Virus record (IMG/VR): IMGVR_UViG_3300045971_000981
Direction: 5' to 3' (one strand)
DNA length: 20,000 nucleotides
Source: an uncultured virus (IMG/VR IMGVR_UViG_3300045971_000981)
Taxonomy: Duplodnaviria > Heunggongvirae > Uroviricota > Caudoviricetes
Part shown: in pieces, positions 1-6,907 of the stretch
Layout: each line of letters starts with the position of its first letter
How positions within the stretch are numbered: the stretch's first letter is position 1
Notes under the pieces: model-generated
What the model saw: only the letters and a program-made list of their open reading frames with translations
What the model was told of the DNA's origin: nothing
The model's database searches: none
Translations under genes and position numbers: made by a program

Positions 1-784
1 CCAGAAGGCACAGTGCCCAGACCGCATCTTCGATCAGCCCGATTCCCCGCTTCGATGAAAACGCAGACTTGTCGCCACCAAATTTCTCGCTCAACACATG
101 ATGGATGCAAAAATCGGCAAACCGTTTAATACTCAGAGCTTCATCCGCTCGGTTAGGAATCACCCACCGCCCCACAGCGGTACTAGCGCGAACCTGAGCC
201 ATCCGTGCCGTGATACGCCCAAAGACTTCTTGGGAGAGGTCTTCTCCTGTGCTCCGGCTAGATTTAACAACCTCAGAGACTAGAAGCAGTGGCTTCAGAA
301 CATTAGTCCGCTCTGGGTTGTATTTCTTGGCAGGGCGATAAAACTCCCTAATCATCTGGGTGAGTTGCTGGGGGATGGCGATGTGAGACGGATGCCTAGC
401 AACTGCGGTCAAGGACGCTTCTTCAGCTACAATCATCTCGCAGTCTAGCTTGGCGAGTCCGATCGCATCCATCGGGGTCATGCCTGATTCTTCCAAATCC
501 TTCCGCCATTCATCAGCAGATTTAATCTGTTGGCGGATGACAGCCTCTTGATGCTCCTCGAATCGAGAGTATTTGAGCGCTATTCGATCTGATTCGTCTG
601 GATGCGGAGAAGGATGCTGCCCTGTCCAATCCCATAACAGCACGTCAAACACAAGCTGGAAATTATCAGCGTTGGGAACTACTGCATTAATCAACATGGC
701 TACGTCAGCCACGCAGTCCTCGAAAGACTTCTCTTCGTTCATTGATGCAGCAAACTTATCTCTTATCTCTTGAAGGGTGGTCAT
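1..784 (-). CDS. Partial (>=261 aa) protein: unknown N-terminal domain plus C-terminal Cas10d-CTD/Cas11d-like domain
   Basis: Translated by hand: SD AAGGAG then ATG at 784, open to the window edge. C-terminal half reads IPQQLTQMIREFYRPAKKYNPERTNVLKPLLLVSE...QVRASTAVGRWVIPNRADEALSIKRFADFCIHHVLSEKFGGDKSAFSSKRGIGLIEDAVWALCLL. This matches, in order and spacing, recalled cyanobacterial Cas10d C-terminal motifs (P..LT..YR.FYRA.K.YNP..N.VLKP; RV.ASTA.GRWVI..R..E...I..FA; F.GD; LI.D...LY.L). Confidence 0.8.
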   Translation of the reverse strand, partial: MTTLQEIRDKFAASMNEEKSFEDCVADVAMLINAVVPNADNFQLVFDVLLWDWTGQHPSPHPDESDRIALKYSRFEEHQEAVIRQQIKSADEWRKDLEESGMTPMDAIGLAKLDCEMIVAEEASLTAVARHPSHIAIPQQLTQMIREFYRPAKKYNPERTNVLKPLLLVSEVVKSSRSTGEDLSQEVFGRITARMAQVRASTAVGRWVIPNRADEALSIKRFADFCIHHVLSEKFGGDKSAFSSKRGIGLIEDAVWALCLL

Positions 785-789
785 TGTTT

Positions 790-900
790 TCTCCTTAGCT
801 GGGGTAACATCTACCAGCCCCTTACAGGGATTATGTAGCCGCGATCGTGGCAGGTTGTGCAGCCCATCTTCCCGCTAGCGGTATTCGCCCCTGCCACGAT
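790..900 (-). promoter_or_regulatory. Structured ~115-nt 5' leader of the Cas11d-like gene
   Basis: 11-bp inverted repeat ATCGTGGCAGG/CCTGCCACGAT (844-854 and 890-900) enclosing the palindrome CCGCTAGCGG (872-881), followed on the minus strand by a TCCCT-GTA-AGGGG hairpin and the SD. Confidence 0.45.
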
Positions 901-903
901 TGG

Positions 904-912
904 ATTATATCA
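904..912 (-). promoter_or_regulatory. Extended -10 promoter (TGaTATAAT)
   Basis: Perfect TGnTATAAT just after the stop of the upstream gene. The predicted TSS (~897-898) lies near the start of the leader stem. No good -35. Confidence 0.55.
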
Positions 913-913
913 T

Positions 914-1477
914 CTATTCAGGAGTGAGGTCTTTTAGGTAACTATTCATCACGATAATGTCGTAATGTTCCTGTGGCATGAGCTTGCAGCTTCCGGTCGA
1001 GACGACAATATCACCCTGGTTGAAAGTCACTTCATCTTCCAAGTCTTCGTTGTCGTCAGGGTCTTCGTACCAGTCCTTGGCGATCGCCTCCATCACGTCG
1101 AACGGATCCTGCCCTGGTTCACAACGGAAAACAAAGCCGATCGTGTACTCGCCTCCACCTCTGTCCTCATGCATTTGCCCAAAGTAGTACCAGGTCAGAG
1201 TCCTGTCTGGCATGTAGCGACGAAGCACGTCATAGTCATGCTCTGAGATGGGCTGAAAAGATCCAGCCAGAATATCGACTTCACGATCGTTCTCGTCGTT
1301 AGGAAAATGTTCTTCGTACTCTTCCAGATACTCATTCAGGTACACGGCAGCGATCTTATTGAGTATGTCCTCTGGCTGTTTCCCTGAAGAGTCAGAGAAA
1401 ACAATTTTTATCGTATCTTCAGTCCTGCCGTTCAGCTCTTTATGGAGTGTCGCGGAATAGTAAGATCTAGATTGCAT
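914..1477 (-). CDS. Acidic hypothetical protein with two tandem homologous domains (187 aa)
   Basis: GGAGG SD before ATG 1477. The two halves share YY...H....G..E.TI..VF.....G..P.D....IA ... GS........YD. Very Asp/Glu-rich. Confidence 0.8.
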   Translation of the reverse strand: MQSRSYYSATLHKELNGRTEDTIKIVFSDSSGKQPEDILNKIAAVYLNEYLEEYEEHFPNDENDREVDILAGSFQPISEHDYDVLRRYMPDRTLTWYYFGQMHEDRGGGEYTIGFVFRCEPGQDPFDVMEAIAKDWYEDPDDNEDLEDEVTFNQGDIVVSTGSCKLMPQEHYDIIVMNSYLKDLTPE

Positions 1478-1493
1478 GGTAATCCTCCAAAGT

Positions 1494-2606
1494 TCAAATT
1501 CTAAACAACCGATCGCGCACCGTATCAAACAGCGTATCCGTATCCCCAGTCCAGTTCAGCGCAAACTTGTCACCAGTCAGCTTGTCCAAGCAGGCATCCC
1601 CAACCATCTGATCTGGGTGATCCTGAAAATAACGATTGATTTTCACAGGGGAGCCAGTCTTCCCTGTAACTTCGTGCCACTCATCAACGTTGATCCAGTT
1701 GGGCTGGTCATTACTCCGGCTTTCTCGCTTTCGCAACACCAACAAATCAGTACAGACCTCCGTGCCAGAGATTTCCCTGAAAGTCTGCATGGGCAGTCTC
1801 ACCGCACCTAGCAGATCGACTTGAAGGGCAAGGAACGCTCTCCAGCGAGTGTTGGATTCGTTCGCGCCCACACTGTCCAGGGTAGAAGTCGAAGTAATCA
1901 GCACTGCCATGGCACCTGGCTTAAGCAACTGCATGGTCTGATAGATAGCACTGGCATGAAGCCCCACCTTGATATTGACTTTGCTTGTAACCTTGCGCTT
2001 CACACCATCCTCGAAGGGGACGTTGCCCACGGCTAGGTCAAAGTAATTCTCTGGCAGTTGCGGCTCCAGGATGGAGCGGTGGAACCAGTTATCGGTTGGG
2101 TGTAGCAGGCTGGCAACTCGTAGGCTGGTCGGTTCAATGTCTACACCAGAAATACAGGTGGTTTTCTGAAGGGATCTAGGCATGAACAGGGCAAACTGCC
2201 CCATTGCACACCCAGGCTCAATCACGTTGCCTTGCCAGAAGCCCTTGTGAACTGCATAGTCCCAGATGATTTGAATCAATCTAGGATCAGTCTGGTGCTG
2301 GTTCAAGACAACCGACCTAGCTGCATTGAAAGCGCTGAAACCAAGAGCCTTCTCAAGCTCTTCTCGTAGTTCCTGTTCTGAGTTTGACTGGGGGTTGATC
2401 AGCTTGGGTCCGATCGCACCGAAGCCAGGAAACTTTGTCAGCGCTCTCAGATTCTCAGGGTCGGCGTGGTCTTTGCTGAGAGCATAAACCGCATCAACAC
2501 AATCGCGGAATCGCTGCAACGGCTTCCGGGTTAGCAAGTGATCGATGTATGCTTCCCATGCAGTTTCGTCCGGGAATGCTGGGTGGAAAAGATTGCTGTA
2601 GTTCAT
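1494..2606 (-). CDS. Stand-alone N6-adenine DNA methyltransferase domain of the DarB/SNF2-helicase-MTase family (370 aa)
   Basis: FPGFG, HQTDP (FYTP equivalent), motif I VIEPGCAMGQF, VDIEP, motif IV VGNVPF, LKPGAMAVLITSTSTLD, GAVRLP..TF...GTEVCTDLLVLRK, INRYFQDHPDQMVG. No helicase module follows. Confidence 0.85.
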   Translation of the reverse strand: MNYSNLFHPAFPDETAWEAYIDHLLTRKPLQRFRDCVDAVYALSKDHADPENLRALTKFPGFGAIGPKLINPQSNSEQELREELEKALGFSAFNAARSVVLNQHQTDPRLIQIIWDYAVHKGFWQGNVIEPGCAMGQFALFMPRSLQKTTCISGVDIEPTSLRVASLLHPTDNWFHRSILEPQLPENYFDLAVGNVPFEDGVKRKVTSKVNIKVGLHASAIYQTMQLLKPGAMAVLITSTSTLDSVGANESNTRWRAFLALQVDLLGAVRLPMQTFREISGTEVCTDLLVLRKRESRSNDQPNWINVDEWHEVTGKTGSPVKINRYFQDHPDQMVGDACLDKLTGDKFALNWTGDTDTLFDTVRDRLFRI

Positions 2607-2622
2607 GGTTACCGCTGTTTTT

Positions 2623-3258
2623 CTATTTCGTCATCTCAAGCTCAACGATCGGAGTCCATCCCGCAGGGGCGATCGTCACCTCGTAGGGAATCTCAAACTC
2701 AATACCAAATAGCTTGGCTCGGCGATCTCCACCGTAATGAACGACCTTGACTGTCTCTCGGCTTATTTCCGGGAAATCTTGCTGGGCAACCTCAAACAGT
2801 CGATCGAACTTAGATAACGACGATCCATAGTTTTTCTCCAGCACAACGCCGATCGCGGCATCTGTGTACGCTGGATTGCTACTGTTCTGCCTGGTTAGGC
2901 GAATTTCTTTGATCATAACCTGCTCCTTGCACATGATTAGATTGTTCAGTTCCTCCAAGTTTTCCAACAGCGCCAACAACTCAGATTCTTCCGCTTCTGC
3001 CCTAGCGATCGCATCCTTAGCAAGAACAGGTCTGAATTCGGTTGCAGCAAGTATTAGTTCATTCAGCCACGCAGCAGCTTTAAGGGCACTACTCTTTGTG
3101 CAAAGAATCGCCCCATCAACGAACTTTTTCCCATCCTTGTCTTGACTGACAGATACCTTCCGGAGTACCCAGCCCTCTTCGCTCAATGCGTTTTTACCAG
3201 GAACCATCGTCTCGTTATTCTGGGTCGCAACAACCCAAGTCTTGAGTCTATTACTCAT
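2623..3258 (-). CDS. Hypothetical protein (211 aa), apparently an in-frame fusion of two genes with an internal start at 2916
   Basis: GAGGG SD before ATG 3258. A second SD, AAGGAG (2928-2923), precedes in-frame ATG 2916 (97-aa C-terminal unit). Both starts are preceded by the same 23-nt repeat. Confidence 0.7.
   Translation of the reverse strand: MSNRLKTWVVATQNNETMVPGKNALSEEGWVLRKVSVSQDKDGKKFVDGAILCTKSSALKAAAWLNELILAATEFRPVLAKDAIARAEAEESELLALLENLEELNNLIMCKEQVMIKEIRLTRQNSSNPAYTDAAIGVVLEKNYGSSLSKFDRLFEVAQQDFPEISRETVKVVHYGGDRRAKLFGIEFEIPYEVTIAPAGWTPIVELEMTK
2928..2950. repeat. 23-bp direct repeat, copy 1 (pairs with 3269-3291)
   Basis: TGCACATGATTAGATTGTTCAGT vs TGCACATGATTAGATTATTTAGT, 21/23 identical. 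Each copy directly precedes an SD on the minus strand. Confidence 0.8.
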
Positions 3259-3268
3259 GATTTCCCTC

Positions 3269-3291
3269 TGCACATGATTAGATTATTTAGT
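3269..3291. repeat. 23-bp direct repeat, copy 2 (pairs with 2928-2950)
   Basis: See copy 1. Confidence 0.8.
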
Positions 3292-3296
3292 CCATT

Positions 3297-3515
3297 TTAC
3301 TCGATCGACTTCCCCCTAGCCTGAGCAACAGTCCCCCGCACCGAAACTATGTCATTGACGATCTCCACTCGCACCCGCCCCGTCAACGCCTGCCCAGTCC
3401 TGATCAACACAGTCAATCGATTCATTGCCTCAGAACGATTCAGGCAGGGGGGTTCGTCCCTAATTTCAGGACTACTTTCCCCCACCCGATACCACACGAA
3501 ATATCGAGTTCGCAT
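3297..3515 (-). CDS. Hypothetical protein (72 aa)
   Basis: ATG 3515 follows the AAA ATPase stop (TAAgATG), consistent with translational coupling. Confidence 0.6.
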   Translation of the reverse strand: MRTRYFVWYRVGESSPEIRDEPPCLNRSEAMNRLTVLIRTGQALTGRVRVEIVNDIVSVRGTVAQARGKSIE

Positions 3516-3516
3516 C

Positions 3517-5118
3517 TTAATACCCAGTATTCGCCGAGGGCAAATCTGCCCATGCTTGTTCAAGCCTGCTGAACTTTGCCGCTTCCACCACTGCCAGTGG
3601 CTTCTTTTTACTGGCTACTGCCAACAGCCCATCCAATTCCAGGATGCGACCTTGGCTTTTAGCAGAGATCGCCGCACCCTTGACGATCGCTGCCAACTCT
3701 GCCCCAGAGAACAGATGAGTTGCGATCGCCAGTTCGCCTGCAAATTGCTGAGCCTTTCCACGATCAAGCCTTTTGGCTAGATGCAACTCCAGAATCTCAG
3801 CCCTGCCCAGTTCATCGGGCAAGTCAATCCTGAATATCTCATCGAACCTTCCAGCCCGCAGGAATTCAGAGGGTAACGCAGAGATGTCGTTCGCGGTCGC
3901 TACCAGGAACACAGGCTCCGCACAGTCGTTCATCCAAGTCAGGAATTGCCCGAACACCCGTCTGGTTGTGCCACCATCATTATCCCCGGCACCCCCAAAC
4001 ATCTTCTCCACCTCGTCGATCCATAGCACACAAGGCGCTGACGCTTCGACTAGCGCAAAGATATGAGCTGTCTTGCTCTCAGAACCACCGACGTATTTGT
4101 CCAGGAAAGCGCTGGGCTGCAACTGGATAACTGGGCAGCCCAGAATCTCTCCAGCCGTTTTCGCTAACAAACTCTTGCCCGTGCCAGGATGCCCAGTCAG
4201 AAGGATGCCCCTTGGTCGATCGTCCCCAGCCTCTTTGGTCAGCAAGGACGATCGCTCGGTTAGCCACTGGCGCAGGTAAGTGATCCCTCCTAATTCCACA
4301 TCTGGTTCTGATGCGACCAACAGCCCAGATTGCTTCAGCCGCTCAACTTTGGCATCGTGCAATGCCGCGATCGTGCTCTCGCCCAGTTCACTGTGGGCAG
4401 AAATTGCCTCACGAACGACAGAACCTATCTGCCGAACAGATGGAAGCCCTTGCGCTGCTCGTACCAACCGCGCCCAGAACTCTGGAGTGTCGGTGTACCG
4501 GAACGCTCCCGATTCCCGCCGTCGATTGGGTAGGTCAACAACCGCCCTGATATGTTGCCCAATCTCCTCGCCTGTGGGGGGCAGAATTTTGATAACCTCA
4601 ACCCGCCCATTGAGTTCTGGGGGAATCTCCAGGTTTTCACCAACGAGAATGATCCGCCGTGCCTGTGTGATCCGGCTGGTGGCTAACTCGTCGATCGTCG
4701 TCTTCAGAACTCTCTGACGGGCAAAAGTCGCTGCCGGATCGCCCGTTGCCCCGTTGATATACTTGTGGGCATCGAGCAACACGAAGATGCCACTGTCTCG
4801 CTCTTGTCCTGAGTCCCGACGTATGCTGTCTTGAGAGCGAATCAGCCCCAGGAATTTATCAGGTGTATTTTGCAGGTAGGTCTCGTCTGTGAAGCTATCA
4901 GCCCTGAAGCCGATCTCACCTCGATTGCTTGTCGTCACTGCCCGCAAACCGTCAGTCACGTCCCAGACGAAAACATGGGGAATATGGCTGGCTGGGCTGG
5001 TGAGGGTGGCAATTCCCTCTAGGATTCTAAGTTCCTCACAGGAGGGGCAGTCGATCGCCACTGCCACGCCAGAATTTAACTTGTGAGCGATCTGCTCAAA
5101 AATGCTAGTTGTCGTCAT
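3517..5118 (-). CDS. Ycf46-like AAA+ ATPase (SpoVK/Ycf46/Vps4 family), 533 aa
   Basis: Walker A GHPGTGKS, pore loop KYVGGSE, Walker B VLWIDEVEK, sensor-1 VATAND, Arg finger FLRAGRFD, degenerate N-terminal AAA module (IFVLLDAHKY). GGGAG SD before ATG 5118. Confidence 0.92.
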   Translation of the reverse strand: MTTTSIFEQIAHKLNSGVAVAIDCPSCEELRILEGIATLTSPASHIPHVFVWDVTDGLRAVTTSNRGEIGFRADSFTDETYLQNTPDKFLGLIRSQDSIRRDSGQERDSGIFVLLDAHKYINGATGDPAATFARQRVLKTTIDELATSRITQARRIILVGENLEIPPELNGRVEVIKILPPTGEEIGQHIRAVVDLPNRRRESGAFRYTDTPEFWARLVRAAQGLPSVRQIGSVVREAISAHSELGESTIAALHDAKVERLKQSGLLVASEPDVELGGITYLRQWLTERSSLLTKEAGDDRPRGILLTGHPGTGKSLLAKTAGEILGCPVIQLQPSAFLDKYVGGSESKTAHIFALVEASAPCVLWIDEVEKMFGGAGDNDGGTTRRVFGQFLTWMNDCAEPVFLVATANDISALPSEFLRAGRFDEIFRIDLPDELGRAEILELHLAKRLDRGKAQQFAGELAIATHLFSGAELAAIVKGAAISAKSQGRILELDGLLAVASKKKPLAVVEAAKFSRLEQAWADLPSANTGY

Positions 5119-5611
5119 GGCTGATCTCCCAGTATCGTAGTCCCAGTTTCTTGTTCCAGTCAGCAACGATCGCCGATCGCTCCGGCTCAGGCAAAACATC
5201 CATAGTGAAATCATCGAGCAAGTCTGCGATCGTTACGTCAGCCGCATCCAGCACCGCTTGCTGCTCAGGTGTGCAGAGATACTTGTTGAAGGCTCTAGAA
5301 ACAACTTCGCAATCATGATCAGAGAAGCCCTGGAACATTGTTGTCGATAGCATTTCCCACACCTGTTGTGGGATGTCAACGGTTGGTGTTCCCTGGATCA
5401 TGGCATCAATCTCTTTTCTGCAACCTCGATAGTGCTCTGTGATCACGATCGGATGAGAATGCGCCGCTTCCGCTTCCGTCACCCGCACCGACAATCTCCA
5501 AGGCTCTTTTTCAGCGTAGTCCAGCGCAATTTCAGCCGCTTGCATACCATCCTTAGCTTCGATAATCATGGTCAGGCAGACTGTGAAACACTTGCTCTGT
5601 TCTTCAGTCAT
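5105..5611 (-). CDS. Hypothetical protein (168 aa)
   Basis: ATGA overlap with the LRR gene stop, GGAG SD, and its end overlaps the AAA start. Confidence 0.75.
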   Translation of the reverse strand: MTEEQSKCFTVCLTMIIEAKDGMQAAEIALDYAEKEPWRLSVRVTEAEAAHSHPIVITEHYRGCRKEIDAMIQGTPTVDIPQQVWEMLSTTMFQGFSDHDCEVVSRAFNKYLCTPEQQAVLDAADVTIADLLDDFTMDVLPEPERSAIVADWNKKLGLRYWEISHDDN

Positions 5612-6186
5612 GGTGAAGTTTCTCCCTTGATAACTTCTACACCCTTGGCTTCCAGAGCTAGAATCTCTGGTGAATCAGGGGCGATCGGATTGTTGCGGAT
5701 GTAAAGGTGCTTCAGCTTCGGCAGTTCCAGGATTGAACTAGGAAGGCTGGTAATATTGTTCCTGGTTATATCTAGCGCGATCAGGCTGGTTAATTGTCCA
5801 ATCTCGTCAGGCAGGCAATCTAATCGGTTATCAAAAGCGCTCAAGTCTTTCAGCTTGGTTAGGTTTCCGATCGATCCTGGAAGCTGAGTGAGTTGGTTAT
5901 GGCTGACGCTAAGCATGGTCAGATTCTTCAGCGCTCCGATCTGCTCTGGAAGCCGAGCAAACTGGTTCCAGGAAATATGTAACTCTTCGAGGCTTGTGAA
6001 GTCGCTAATCCATTCCGGCAGCGTAGTCAGCTTGTTGTCAGAGATGGACATCTCTCGCAAGTTCTTCAGTAGCTGGATGCTAGCCGGGAGGCTAGTGATC
6101 TCAGACCCCATCAAATTCAATTCCCTAGTCTTCTTGGCGCTCAGAAGTCTGCGCTCAATTACATCATTCATGCTCATCACGCTCAT
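5608..6186 (-). CDS. Stand-alone leucine-rich repeat protein (192 aa)
   Basis: Six consecutive 23-aa repeats (L..LP..IG.L..L..L.I..N.) plus an N-cap (TRELNLMGSE) ending in NNPI. ATGA overlaps at both ends. Confidence 0.95.
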   Translation of the reverse strand: MSVMSMNDVIERRLLSAKKTRELNLMGSEITSLPASIQLLKNLREMSISDNKLTTLPEWISDFTSLEELHISWNQFARLPEQIGALKNLTMLSVSHNQLTQLPGSIGNLTKLKDLSAFDNRLDCLPDEIGQLTSLIALDITRNNITSLPSSILELPKLKHLYIRNNPIAPDSPEILALEAKGVEVIKGETSP

Positions 6187-6413
6187 GCCGTCACCGTCCC
6201 CTTCTGAGTCGTAACCACGACTTCTTCATTCGCCACCTGATGAAACTCAGGTTTCAGCGTCAACCCAGTCTGATCACCCAGCAGTGCCCGAACTTCTGCG
6301 GTTTTACCCAGGCAAGCGCTGCCCTGCATTCCATGTGCCTCTACCTTGACCGTCAGGTCAGGGTAGATCGCTACTTCAATGTATTCGTCCACGATCACAA
6401 TCTCCAATTTCAA
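6183..6413 (-). CDS. DUF2997 family protein
   Basis: I.PD.TV.VEAHG..G.AC...T..V...LG......KPEF motif, lying next to DUF1257 and a Ycf46-like AAA. True start may be GTG 6392 after GGAG. Confidence 0.8.
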   Translation of the reverse strand: MKLEIVIVDEYIEVAIYPDLTVKVEAHGMQGSACLGKTAEVRALLGDQTGLTLKPEFHQVANEEVVVTTQKGTVTA

Positions 6414-6464
6414 AAACGACTAGCTAGTGTACTTCGGCTGTGACGAAGTACAATCTCACAGACT

Positions 6465-6884
6465 TCACGCCAAAACTTTATCCCGAATCTGGAACCGAAC
6501 AGCGCCATCGCCACTAGCAGGCACTTCCACGACTTCCTTCTCGGAACCAAGCTCCCTGGTAAGCAGTGCAATCTGGTACTGTTTGACCAATTCCTGGGGA
6601 AAGTTCGGAATCCTGATGCCAGAGAACCCGTCATCCATGAGCATGTCGTATTCTTTGGTCTCGGAATTCCACAGGAAACCAAGATCAGGTTGGGCTGTGG
6701 GTGCAATATCCTTCGCCCGTACCACGATGTTCGCCATATTGTCACTAGAACCGTCGCGGTACCAGCCCTGAATCTTGACCGGATTCATGTGAACTTCTGG
6801 TAAAACATTGAATAGCTTCTCCAATGCGGCAATCAGAGCCGCACGATCGGTCAACTTAGCCTTAATCGTTGCAAAATGGGACAT
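6465..6884 (-). CDS. DUF1257 (Ycf35-like) protein
   Basis: MSHFATIKAKLTDRAALIAALEKL N-terminus, I.GW, DLGFLWN...YDM..D. AAGGAG SD. Confidence 0.85.
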   Translation of the reverse strand: MSHFATIKAKLTDRAALIAALEKLFNVLPEVHMNPVKIQGWYRDGSSDNMANIVVRAKDIAPTAQPDLGFLWNSETKEYDMLMDDGFSGIRIPNFPQELVKQYQIALLTRELGSEKEVVEVPASGDGAVRFQIRDKVLA

Positions 6885-6907
6885 AAAAACTCCTTAAAAA
6901 CTGGAAC

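Noticed and set aside
430..560. DUF1896/TnpV-like similarity in the N-terminal domain of the Cas11d-like protein
   Set aside because: Only a loose helical pattern (A......L...G.....A..LA), too weak without a profile search.
1..784. Calling this a canonical cas10d in a normal type I-D operon
   Set aside because: Only ~130 aa precede the C-terminal domain, with no HD motif and no cas3' upstream. Downstream context is outside the window, so no gene symbol was assigned.
790..900. Leader as a c-di-GMP-I or glnA riboswitch, or an HDV-like ribozyme
   Set aside because: Only fragments (GGGCGAA, AUCGU) resemble these; I could not build the conserved cores by eye.
3517..5118. FtsH/ClpB or chromosomal ycf46 ortholog
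   Set aside because: No TM or HEXXH protease domain and no second intact ATPase module. The divergent sequence and MGE context suggest a mobile paralog, so no symbol was given.
3349..6771. Plus-strand ORFs (e.g. 3349-3780, 4280-4717, 5888-6214, 6427-6771) and the alternate-frame 6410-6745
   Set aside because: They are antisense or out-of-frame shadows of well-supported genes, with no SD or recognisable motifs. The same applies to the other plus-strand track ORFs except 11404-11829.
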